Below are positions 38,301-46,404 of a stretch of DNA of 60,976 bases, piece after piece; position 1 is the first letter of the stretch, and each line of letters begins with the position of its first letter. Under the pieces are notes generated by a model, which was given only the letters and a program-made list of their open reading frames with translations, was not told the origin of the DNA and searched no databases. The translations under genes were made by a program, and so were the position numbers. The DNA comes from Candidatus Limnocylindria bacterium (GTDB lineage: Bacteria > Chloroflexota > Limnocylindria > Limnocylindrales > CSP1-4). Location of the stretch: NCBI GenBank assembly GCA_041484785.1, contig JBGPIH010000002.1, positions 1-60,976 on the forward strand. The letters run 5' to 3'.

Positions 38301-40141
38301 GCATGAGCGAGGACCGCAGCTACCTGGTTCCCGCGGTGGTTGCCGGTGCCAGCGACGCTCCCGACCGGGCGTGGCTGCTGTCCATGCGGTTCCCGCTCGG
38401 CGGCGGGATCAACGGCCTGGCCGCACAGCGCGACGAACCGATCTGGACGAGCGACTACCTCGCCGACGAGCGCATCCCGCACGAGGCGGACGACGTCGAG
38501 GTCGCCGAACGACTCGGGTTGCGCGGGATGGCGGCCGCGCCGCTCCGTGCCCCCGGTGGCGAGGTGATCGGCACGCTGGCCGTCTCGTCGGCTCGTCCGC
38601 GCTCGTTCGGCGGGGACGAGCTCGCCCTGCTCCAGGGGCTCGCCGACCAGGCCGCGATCGCCATCACCAACTCCAACCTGCTGACCCGCCTGACCGAATC
38701 GGAGACGCGCTACCGGTACCTCGTCGAACGGGCCCCCGATCTCGTCTGGTCGATCGATGCCGACGCCCGCCTGACGTTCGTCTCCGATGCGGTCGTCCGC
38801 CTGACGGGACGCCGTCCCGAGGACCTGCTGGGGCGCCACTTCGGCGCGCTCCTCCACGAGTCGTCGCGCGACGTCGCCGAGTTCGACTGGACATCCGGCA
38901 TGGCCGCCGGCTCACAGGAGGTCCGTGGCCGGGTCAACCTGCTGGGCGAGGACGGTGAGCCGATCCCGGCCGAGTTCATCGCCACCGCGCGACTCGACGA
39001 CGCCGGCCAGTTCAGCGGCGCCAACGGCTCGGTGCGCGACATGCGCGAGCGCGATCGCCTGGAGCGCGAGCTGACGGAGTCGGAGAGCCGCTACCGCTTC
39101 CTGGTCGAGAACTCGCCCGACATCGTCTTCTCGACCGACGCTGAGGGCCGCTTCACGTTCATGGCCGACACCATCGAGCGGATCGCCGGCTGGCGCGCGG
39201 AGCAGGTCGTCGGCCAGCATTTCTCGAAGGTCGTCGATCCCGGGAGCTACGCGGAGGCGACCGCGGCCTGGAACACCCTGGCCAGCGAGCCGACGGTCGA
39301 GCAGATCGCGCACATCAACATGATCAGCCCGGATGGGCGGCTCATTCCGGTCGAGGTGAGCTCGATCGGGATGATCGACCCGGAGGGCCGCTTCACCGGT
39401 ATCCACGGCTCGACCCGGGACATCAGCGAGCGGGCCCACCTCGAGCGCGAGCTCCGTCGCCAGGCCGGTGAGCTCGCCGCCGGCGAGGAGCGCGCCCATC
39501 TTGCCCGCGAGCTGCATGACTCGGTCACCCAGGCGCTCTTCTCGATGACCCTCGTGTCGCGCTCCGTCGAGATGCTCCTGGATCGCGACGTGCCGGCGGC
39601 TCGCGAGCAGCTCGGGCAGCTACGCGACCTGCAGCGGGAAGCGCTCGCCGAGATGCGTGCCCTGATCTTCGAGCTCCGCCCGGGCAACCTCGAGCAGGAC
39701 GGCCTGACCCGGGCCCTGCGGACGCACACGGCCGCGATCCAGGGCCGGATTGGACTGCCGGTGGTGCTCGAGAGCACGCTCGTCGACCGCCTGCCGCTGG
39801 ACGTCGAGGAGGCGCTCTACCGGATCGCCCAGGAGGCCCTGCACAACGTGATCAAGCACGCCGGCGCCCGGCAGGTCCGGGTCGAGGTCGGCGGCATGAG
39901 CGATGGCGTCCGGCTGCGGATCGAAGACGACGGCAAGGGCTTCGATCCGGGCCTGGTCCCGGACGGGCATCTCGGGCTCGCGGGCATGCGCGCGCGGTCG
40001 GACAAGATTGGCGCCCAGTTCAGCTGCCGCAGCGTGCCGGGCCATGGGACGACCATCGAGATCCTCGTGCCGGACGCGGCGATCGCACAGGCCGGCTCGC
40101 CCGCGGTTCCCGCCGTCTCGAGCGCGATTCGAGACGAATGA
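35330..40141 (+). CDS. soluble multi-sensor histidine kinase: 6 x GAF, 2 x PAS, HisKA_3, HATPase_c (NarL-partner class)
   Basis: The 1603-aa ORF has six GAF-like modules separated by a recurring helical linker (ARL..EL..SR..LARRA..ER.LREI.ARI.A.R.P). Two PAS modules follow (ESETRYRYLVERAPD, ESESRYRFLVENSPD). The H-box is ERAHLARELHDSVTQ and the G-box region is GHLGLAGMRAR...GHGTTI. No TM segment is seen. The exact start is uncertain; GTG 35330 is taken from the ORF track. Confidence 0.9.
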   Translation: MPCLAAAAYPRLVATPTRSVRARRASAAAPPPAPVERADAGAPARDPDGGQGDIHELLTAAVAEAARLLDTDGAMVYLLDPESGILRFAHDAGIRSELGRERMRSIRLPVGVGLFGRAVAERAVVKTADYLADPAFSHAADPDEVVREIGIRSMVVAPMVAGGEVFGALGTFSSRPGAFDAAQVGLVRALADHAAAAMRNAHLIEALDASRRELARRVEAERALRENATRIAILRQPREILLDVVDQAGRLVQSDGVILDLLDPTTGNLHWAIDNGLSDQFGPEERAKLWISVGVGATGIAVAENRVVVADDDLAAQFPPSAESTEFYERTGFHSMIAAPITGDAGPLGVLEVYARERAAFDEDDAGLVGALASQAAIAITNARLIDELARSRGELARTADAERTLREIAARVSAMRNQDEILQSVIDASVRLLGATGAMIDLLGDTGMAEAWTSQEAGVRAVSNLGLLSEITLESDAGVSGRAVRTRQVEWTGEYLDDDRFRHTPARDAFVRESAIHSVIAAPLIQREAVVGAITVYGDRVDAFDEQDAGLLAALANQAAVAIANARLFDELERSRAEVARRADSEQTLREIAARVSAILDPAEVLQRIVEETTRLLESDGARIDLYDPTIDALRWSYAAGEAMAIRPEWARIGGLKPGQAVAGTAFAEQRPARTDDYLEDDRFLRDDLARAFVAESGIRSVIAVPLAGETGPLGTLSVVSRKPAAYDDADADVLTALATQASIAIRNARLMDELARSRDVIQRRAEAEKALREIAARITAIRAPGDLLQHVVDEAQRLLRADGAVIDQFNEETQRLEWAYGAGLPDAQREALRSTSLRLGEGLSGTAVAQGRVMTAGDYLSGDFAHDDLADSHAAAAGIGDLIVAPIIGESGPLGAIEVFSRRAHAFDAIDEAVLGGLADQAAIAFTNARLIEALEQSHAALARRADTERALREITARIAALREPEVILRRVVEEAKRLLDTDGAHLTRMSEDRSYLVPAVVAGASDAPDRAWLLSMRFPLGGGINGLAAQRDEPIWTSDYLADERIPHEADDVEVAERLGLRGMAAAPLRAPGGEVIGTLAVSSARPRSFGGDELALLQGLADQAAIAITNSNLLTRLTESETRYRYLVERAPDLVWSIDADARLTFVSDAVVRLTGRRPEDLLGRHFGALLHESSRDVAEFDWTSGMAAGSQEVRGRVNLLGEDGEPIPAEFIATARLDDAGQFSGANGSVRDMRERDRLERELTESESRYRFLVENSPDIVFSTDAEGRFTFMADTIERIAGWRAEQVVGQHFSKVVDPGSYAEATAAWNTLASEPTVEQIAHINMISPDGRLIPVEVSSIGMIDPEGRFTGIHGSTRDISERAHLERELRRQAGELAAGEERAHLARELHDSVTQALFSMTLVSRSVEMLLDRDVPAAREQLGQLRDLQREALAEMRALIFELRPGNLEQDGLTRALRTHTAAIQGRIGLPVVLESTLVDRLPLDVEEALYRIAQEALHNVIKHAGARQVRVEVGGMSDGVRLRIEDDGKGFDPGLVPDGHLGLAGMRARSDKIGAQFSCRSVPGHGTTIEILVPDAAIAQAGSPAVPAVSSAIRDE
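35485..38690 (+). repeat. tandem array of six GAF-coding modules inside the kinase gene, period about 546 nt
   Basis: The linker motif (D/E)xE(R/Q/K)(A/T)LRE starts at 35984, 36530, 37082, 37631 and 38174. The spacings are 546, 552, 549 and 543 nt (hand-indexed). Confidence 0.85.
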
Positions 40142-40225
40142 CGTAGGCGGGGCAGGTCATTCGGCGGGCGAGCCGCTGGTCAAGGGTCCCTTTCGCCGGC
40201 CGCCGCGTCCGCCGATCATGGCGGC

Positions 40226-40627
40226 ATGCACGCAGCGTCGGGCCAACCATCCGGTCAGATTCGCGTCGTCGTCGTCGACGCGGACGACCTCGTCCGCGAG
40301 ACCGTTGCCGCGCTCCTGGGCATCGGCGGCCGGATCGAGGTCGTCGGGATCGCCGGCGAGGCCGGTGCCGCCCTCGATGTCGTCAAGGCGACCCGGCCCG
40401 ACGTGGTCGTGGTGGACCCACGCCTGCCGGACCCCGATGGCGGGTTGGCGTTCCTGGGGCGCCTGCGCGATGCGGCCCCGGACGCCAGGGTCCTGGTCGT
40501 CTGTGCTCCCGATCTCCTCGGCCGTTTCGCCCTGGCCGAGGGCGTCTGCGGGTGCGTGCGCAAGACCTTCCGCCCAGACGAGCTGGCCGCGGCCGTCGCC
40601 GCCGCCAGCCGATCCGCGGCGGCGTGA
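40226..40627 (+). CDS. stand-alone response-regulator receiver (REC-only) protein
   Basis: A 133-aa ORF with the acidic pocket VVVDADD, the putative phospho-acceptor VVVVDPRLPD and a conserved Lys (VRKTF). No output domain is present. Confidence 0.75.
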   Translation: MHAASGQPSGQIRVVVVDADDLVRETVAALLGIGGRIEVVGIAGEAGAALDVVKATRPDVVVVDPRLPDPDGGLAFLGRLRDAAPDARVLVVCAPDLLGRFALAEGVCGCVRKTFRPDELAAAVAAASRSAAA

Positions 40628-40656
40628 GTCCCGAAGTCGGTGCTTTGCTAGACTCG

Positions 40657-41379
40657 ATGTCGCTCGCTCCGAGCCCAGGACCCGCCGCTGGCGCCGACGC
40701 GCCGGGAGCCGATGTGACCGAGCCCGGCAAGATCCGCGTGCTGATCGTGGACGACCATTCGGTCGTCCGGAAGGGCCTGCGCGTCTTCTTCGATCTGCAG
40801 CCCGACATCGAGGTCGTGGGTGAGGCCGCCGACGGCTCCGAGGGCGTGGCGATGGCCCGTCGCCTGGAGCCGGACGTGATCCTGATGGACCTGTTGATGC
40901 CGATCATGGATGGGATCACCGCGATCGGGCGGATCAAGGCCGAACGGCCGGAGACCGAGATCGTGACCATGACGTCGTTCATCGAGGAGGACAAGGTCAC
41001 CGCCGCCCTGGAGGCCGGCGCCTCCGGCTACGTCCTCAAGGACGCCGAAGCGGAAGAGGTCGCCGCGGCAGTCCGCGCCGCCTACGCCGGGGAGGTCCAC
41101 CTGGATCCGGCGGTCGCCCGGTTGCTGGCCCAGCGGATGCGCCTCCGGAAGTCGCCGCAGGACGAGCTCGCCGAACCGATCACCGAGCGTGAGAAGGACG
41201 TGCTGAACCTGCTCGGCCAGGGGATGAGCAACAAGGAGATCGGGACGCGCCTGTTCATCACCGAACGGACGGCCCGCACCTACGTGTCGAACATCCTGGG
41301 CAAGCTCGGCCTCGCGTCACGGACCCAGGCGGCCCTCTACGCAGTCGAGCACAAGCTCGTCGAGCCGCCCGCGAAGTAG
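40657..41379 (+). CDS. NarL/FixJ-family response regulator (REC + LuxR-type HTH)
   Basis: Motifs are RVLIVDDHSVVRKGL, ILMDLLMPIMDG and the HTH ITEREKDVLNLLGQGMSNKEIGTRLFITERTARTYVSNILGKLG. The start is ATG 40657, or GTG 40714 as an alternative. Confidence 0.9.
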   Translation: MSLAPSPGPAAGADAPGADVTEPGKIRVLIVDDHSVVRKGLRVFFDLQPDIEVVGEAADGSEGVAMARRLEPDVILMDLLMPIMDGITAIGRIKAERPETEIVTMTSFIEEDKVTAALEAGASGYVLKDAEAEEVAAAVRAAYAGEVHLDPAVARLLAQRMRLRKSPQDELAEPITEREKDVLNLLGQGMSNKEIGTRLFITERTARTYVSNILGKLGLASRTQAALYAVEHKLVEPPAK

Positions 41380-41383
41380 CCGC

Positions 41384-42613
41384 TCAGTCGATCGCGACGA
41401 TTCGGTAGCGGCGCGCCCCGGCCGGTGTCGCAACGGCCACCTCTTCACCCACGTCACGGCCAACCAGCGCCCGTCCGACGGGGGAGGACGAGGAGATCCG
41501 GCCCGTCGTGGGATGGGACTCCGAGGCGCCGACGATCGTGTAGGTCAGGGTCTCTCCCTCGTACTCGACCGTGACCTGCGACCCGAGGCCCACCCGCGCG
41601 CCGGCGGCAGGTGCGTCCACGACCTCCGCGGTCCGCAGCCGCGCCTCGAGCGCCTGCACCCGGCCCTCGAGGAACGACTGCTCCTCCCGGGCAGCGTGGT
41701 ATTCGGCGTTCTCCTTGAGGTAGCCATGCTCCTTGGCCGTGCGGATCCGGGCGATGACCTCGGGGCGGCGGACCCGGATCAGCCGGTCGAGCTCTGCCCG
41801 CAGGCGAGCCGAGCCCTCGACGGTCAGCGCCTCGGAGGCCGGAGCCGGCCGCGTCGGGGCCTTGACGCCCGGTCGGGGCGACGACGACCGTGCTCGGGCC
41901 TTCGCCGCGGCCGTCACGGGCGCGCGCGTCCGTCGGACCGGCGGCGGCTCACCGCGCGCCCCTTCGGCGTCGCCGTCGGGCACGAGCACGACGTGACCCG
42001 GCGGCATCGGGGCCGCTGCTGGATCGGCCAGGAGCGCACCCGTCAGCCCGGTCGACTTGCGCGCTCCAGTGCCGCGGCGTAGGTTCGCGAAGGGCAACAC
42101 CACGTCGGGATCGGCGAGCCCGGCCCGTTCGGCGTCCGGGACACCCGCCGCGAAGGCCTCGATCAGGGCGTCCTCGTATTCCTCGGTCGCCGTCGTCGGC
42201 GCCCACCAGATCCGCAGGGCGTCGAGCCCGCGAAGCGTCTTGAGCCAGTGGCCGCCGGCATATGGACGGCGATCGCCCAGCTCGGTGGCGCTCATCGCAG
42301 CCAGCCGGCGCCGGACCGACACCTCGGAAGCGCCGACGTAGAGGACCGTCTGTGACGGCAGCCAGAACGCCGACAGGCGGGCGGCCAGGGCCTTCGAGGT
42401 CGGACGAGTGTCGTCGAGCCTGAGCGTCTCGACGCGCTCGATCCACTTGCCGACCCGGGTCAATTCGATGGGCGAACTCGGCAGCGGGGCGGCCAGCTCG
42501 ACGATGAAGACCCCCGGCCCGGGTGCGGGGATCGGCCGACCCCACTGCCCGGGGCCGTCGGCGAGCAGGCCGACGGAGCGGATGAGAGCCGGGGCACCGG
42601 TGTCGTGGGTCAT
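41384..42613 (-). CDS. GreA/GreB-family factor fused to an uncharacterised N-terminal domain (GIY-YIG-like motif order); the catalytic-tip Asp is replaced by Tyr
   Basis: The C-terminal ~150 aa are near-canonical GreA ([48 protein letters not shown]...[10 protein letters not shown]). N-terminal residues 1-185 are unrelated to Gre factors, and a basic Pro/Ala/Arg-rich linker (residues 186-260) joins the two parts. Confidence 0.8.
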   Translation of the reverse strand: [409 protein letters not shown]

Positions 42614-42678
42614 CGGGCGATGGTACCCGGGCGAGCCCCGAGGTATGGTGCGGCGGTCATGACGGTCCTTCGACGCCC

Positions 42679-44013
42679 GTGAAGCGGGTGGTCCGGCGTC
42701 CGCTCCTCGTCCTCGCCCTCGCGGTCGTCGCCGGGGCCGGCTGGTTCGCCCTGCTTCCCGGCCCGACGTCGCCCGGTGGACGAGTCGCGGTGGCCGCTCC
42801 GAGCGCGACGCCGGGCTCGAGCGCGTCGCCGGCCGCGGGCTCGTTGGCCTCGCCGCTCCCGGCGCCGAGCGTCGGCCCGACCCCTACCCCGACCCCAACG
42901 CCGACCCCGACCCCGCTGCCGACCACCATCGCCGCCCGGCGGGCCGCGCTCTCCGCGGCGCTGGATCGCTTGCGCGCCACCTACGGAATCCCCGGGATCT
43001 CGGCGGTCATGACCTTCCCGAGCGGCTCGACCTGGATCGGCACAACCGGCCTGGCCAACGTCGCGATCCAGCGCCCGGTGACCGCCCGGACGGCGTTTGC
43101 CGCCGGGAGCATCTCCAAGACCTTTACCGGCGCGCTCATCATGGCCCTCGCCGAGGAGGGCCAGATCGCGCTGGACGCGTCGGTCAGGACCTACCTGCCG
43201 AAGCTCGTGATCGATCGAGCGATCACCGTCCGGGAGCTGCTCGACCACACGAGTGGGCTGAACGATTTCTTCATCCACCCGGCCATCGACAGCGCACTCC
43301 TGGCCCACCCCCGACGGGTCTGGACTGCCGCCGACTCGCTGCGCTACGTCGGCAAGCCGTACTTCAGGCCCGGGGCGGGCTGGCATTACTCGAACACCAA
43401 CTACCTCGTCCTCGGGATGCTGGCCGAAGCGGTTGGCCGCGCGCCACTGGCCGACCAGTTGCGCCAGCGATTCTTCGACCCGCTCGGGCTGGCCCATACC
43501 TTCTACCAGGCCGCCGAGCGTCGGCGCGGGCCCGTCGCGCATGGCTACCGGTTCAACGGTTCCTCACCCACGCTCAGGGGTGTGGACGTCTCCGACGGCA
43601 CCACGGTCATCCCGTTCACCTCGGTCGTGACCGCGGCCGGAGGTGCCGGTTCGATCGCGACGACCGCGAGCGACCTTGCCGTCTGGGCACGCGCCCTCTA
43701 CGGCGGCGCCGTCCTGCGCCCAGAGTCACTGGCGGCGATGGTCGGCGACGCCGCCGTCACGACGGCGCTCAAGTCGAGCGTTCCGTACGGTCTCGGCGTC
43801 CAGGTCGTGACCATCGATGGCCGTCCCACCCTGGGGCACTCCGGCCGCCTGCTCGGGTTCCGGGCGGTCATGCGCTGGCTGCCCGTCGAGGGGATCGCGG
43901 TCGTCGTCATGACCAATCAGAGCCGAACCGATCCCAACCTGGTGATCCGCGACCTGTTGCGGGTCGTTCTCGGGGTTCCGCCGCTGTGCCCGGGATGTGC
44001 CGTGCGTCCGTGA
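42679..44013 (+). CDS. serine hydrolase, beta-lactamase/DD-peptidase family (class C-like)
   Basis: It has a signal/TM segment and a (TP)n linker. The active-site motif is SISKTF (SxxK), followed by YSNTNY (YxN). Confidence 0.85.
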   Translation: MKRVVRRPLLVLALAVVAGAGWFALLPGPTSPGGRVAVAAPSATPGSSASPAAGSLASPLPAPSVGPTPTPTPTPTPTPLPTTIAARRAALSAALDRLRATYGIPGISAVMTFPSGSTWIGTTGLANVAIQRPVTARTAFAAGSISKTFTGALIMALAEEGQIALDASVRTYLPKLVIDRAITVRELLDHTSGLNDFFIHPAIDSALLAHPRRVWTAADSLRYVGKPYFRPGAGWHYSNTNYLVLGMLAEAVGRAPLADQLRQRFFDPLGLAHTFYQAAERRRGPVAHGYRFNGSSPTLRGVDVSDGTTVIPFTSVVTAAGGAGSIATTASDLAVWARALYGGAVLRPESLAAMVGDAAVTTALKSSVPYGLGVQVVTIDGRPTLGHSGRLLGFRAVMRWLPVEGIAVVVMTNQSRTDPNLVIRDLLRVVLGVPPLCPGCAVRP

Positions 44014-44140
44014 GCGCGGCCAGGCGAGCGCCATCGGCCCGACAGGCCCGTACCAGTGCCGGATCGAGACGGTACCGCCGGGCTCTTCCCAGCGACGCCG
44101 ACCATGGACCACACTGCAGCCTCGCCCGCAGAGGGTTTCC

Positions 44141-44662
44141 ATGGCGGTCCGCGTCGAGGTCTACACGAGCGAGGGGATGGCCAGCGGCGTCCTGGCCCGG
44201 CCAGGAACGCTGCGTGAGGCACTGGGCGCCGACGCCGAGCTTCGCCTCGAGCGTGTCGCCTGGCAGCCGTTGGCCGAGACGGTCCCGCGCTCGGCTGGAT
44301 CCCTCACCTTCGCGACCGACGACATCCTCTTCGCCGTCGCCGACGATGAGCCAAGCATCCCGGTGCATGTCGCCTGGCATCACGTGCTCCTCGATGCCGG
44401 TCCGTATGTGCTCGAAGGCGAGCTTGCGACGATGCCCGGCTTCGATCCGGGCCGGTCGCTGACCCGGCCGTCGGGAGAATTCGTCCTGCTCCGTGACGTT
44501 CGCCTGTCGATCCGCGGCCGGCCCGAGTCCGGCGTCTCCGTGGGCGATCACGCCCTGGTCAACCGCTACGGCGTCGAGCGCATCCAGGCGGACCTGATGC
44601 TGGGATTCTTCTTCCCGGGCGCAGCGGTCGATTCGGCAAGCGCCAGCCCCACCGTCACGTGA
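44141..44662 (+). CDS. hypothetical protein (uncharacterised family; paralog of 467..1120)
   Basis: RBS GAGGG precedes ATG 44141. The 173-aa product aligns with the 467..1120 product along its core. Confidence 0.6.
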   Translation: MAVRVEVYTSEGMASGVLARPGTLREALGADAELRLERVAWQPLAETVPRSAGSLTFATDDILFAVADDEPSIPVHVAWHHVLLDAGPYVLEGELATMPGFDPGRSLTRPSGEFVLLRDVRLSIRGRPESGVSVGDHALVNRYGVERIQADLMLGFFFPGAAVDSASASPTVT

Positions 44663-44684
44663 TCCCTCCGCGCCGCGGAGCGTC

Positions 44685-45950
44685 TCAGATCTGCTGAGCG
44701 CTCCCGCTGGCGGCGCGACGGCGGACTGGCTTGCGCTGGGCGTGGTGTTCCGGTGCTGTCCGGGCATGGCCGGCCCGCGCGCCGAGCGGTCGAGGCTCGC
44801 TTGACCGGTCGGGAATGAACCCTTCCTCGACCGTCCACGGGATCGCGTGGTGGAGCATCTTCTGGATGCCTCGGAGCAGGTCCGTCTCGTCGATGCAGAC
44901 GAGCGAGATGGCCTCGCCGCTCGCTCCGGCCCGACCGGTTCGCCCGATCCGGTGGATGTAGTCCTGCGGATTCCAGGGCAGCTCGAAGTTCACCACGACG
45001 GGCAGGTCCTCGATGTCGAGCCCGCGAGCCGCCACGTCGGTCGCCACGAGGATCCGGATCGCGCCCGACTTGAAGCCCTCGAGCGCCCGTGTCCGTTCCG
45101 GCTGCGAGCGGTCAGAGTGGATCGCCACGGCCTCGAGGCCCTCGCGGTCCAGTCGGGTGGCCAGCCGGCTGGCGGCGAGCTTCGTGCGGGTGAACACGAG
45201 CACCTGGCGCAGGTCCTGGTTGCGGATCAGGTGGGCCAGCAGGGCTTCCTTGCGGTCGCGATCGACCGGGTAGACGAGCTGGCGGATCGCCTCGAGGGTC
45301 GTATTCCGCGGAGCCACCTCGACCGTGGCTGGGTCGCGCAGGATCCCGCCGGACAGGCGCCGGATATCGTCCGAGAACGTTGCCGAGAACATGAGGTTCT
45401 GCCGCCGGGCGGGGAGCAGCGCGATGATCTTCTGGATGTCCGGCAGGAAGCCCATGTCGAGCATCCGGTCGGCCTCGTCCAGGACGAGGATCTCGACCTG
45501 TCCGAGGTTCACCGTCCGCTGTCCAACGTGATCGAGCAGGCGGCCGGGGGTCGCCACCAGGATCTCGACCCCGGCCCGCAGCGCCTTGATCTGCGGCTCG
45601 ATCGGGATCCCGCCGTAGACGACGGTGGAGCGCAGCGGGACCGTCCGCCCGTAGGTCTGGACGCTCTCGTCGACCTGCATGGCGAGCTCTCGCGTGGGGA
45701 CCAGGATCAGGACGCGGACCGGATGGCGTGCCGGCGAGAAGCTCGTGTTGGCCGTGTCGCGGAGCCGATCGAGGATCGGCAGGACAAAGGCCGCGGTCTT
45801 GCCGGTCCCGGTCTGGGCTGCCGCCAGCAGGTCCCGGCCGGCCAGGACCAGTGGGATCGCCTCGGCCTGCACGGGTGTCGGGGCGAGATATCCCTCTTCG
45901 GCAACGGTTTGGACGAGGTCCGCGGAAAGACCGAGTGAGTCGAACGTCAA
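44685..45950 (-). CDS. DEAD-box ATP-dependent RNA helicase (RhlE-like)
   Basis: It has the Q-motif TFDSLGL...PTPVQ, AQTGTGKT, DEAD (VLDEADRML), SAT and HRIGRTGRAG. I prefer the TTG 45950 start, 6 nt after AGGAG; ATG 46028 is the alternative. Confidence 0.9.
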   Translation of the reverse strand: MTFDSLGLSADLVQTVAEEGYLAPTPVQAEAIPLVLAGRDLLAAAQTGTGKTAAFVLPILDRLRDTANTSFSPARHPVRVLILVPTRELAMQVDESVQTYGRTVPLRSTVVYGGIPIEPQIKALRAGVEILVATPGRLLDHVGQRTVNLGQVEILVLDEADRMLDMGFLPDIQKIIALLPARRQNLMFSATFSDDIRRLSGGILRDPATVEVAPRNTTLEAIRQLVYPVDRDRKEALLAHLIRNQDLRQVLVFTRTKLAASRLATRLDREGLEAVAIHSDRSQPERTRALEGFKSGAIRILVATDVAARGLDIEDLPVVVNFELPWNPQDYIHRIGRTGRAGASGEAISLVCIDETDLLRGIQKMLHHAIPWTVEEGFIPDRSSEPRPLGARAGHARTAPEHHAQRKPVRRRAASGSAQQI

Positions 45951-46404
45951 GCATCGCTCCTGCGTGGTCCCGTCGCGGGCAACCAGCCGGAGTGCGACGG
46001 TGGCCCGCTGTGGAGCCGCTCGGAGCATAGCCGAAATGACCGCGATCGCCCGGTGATGGCCAGCAGGACGCCCGCCGCCGGGCTCCGGGACGATCAGGCG
46101 GGACCATTAGAGGGGTCGACACGACCGGCGTGCGCCTGCGATACTCCCGGGGCTCACCGCAACCCGTCCCCAGACAGGGCCCCAACCGAAGAACGCCGCC
46201 TTCACGGCTCGTCCCTGCCTCGTTCCTGGACTCGCCCAGGTGCCGGTCACGGATTTATTCGTCCGTCGCCCCGGCCTCGACCGTCCTGCCCCAGCTTGAC
46301 GATCTGAGCGCCAGCCTTCGCTGTTCCGCGCCTCTGCCGTCGGCGGCATCACCCACCGTCGCCGCGTTCGTTCGCGGTGTTCCGGCGGAGAGGAGGCAAG
46401 ACAA

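Noticed and set aside
35485-38690. The ~546-nt periodic repeat as a CRISPR-like or non-coding repeat array.
   Set aside because: The period lies within a single uninterrupted ORF and corresponds to protein-domain (GAF) modules. The repeats are conserved at the protein level, not the DNA level.
42880-42935. A short tandem CCGACC/CCCACC-type nucleotide repeat.
   Set aside because: It encodes the (Thr-Pro)n linker PTPTPTPTPTPTP of the serine hydrolase. It is a low-complexity coding linker, not an independent element, though it is a potential slippage site.
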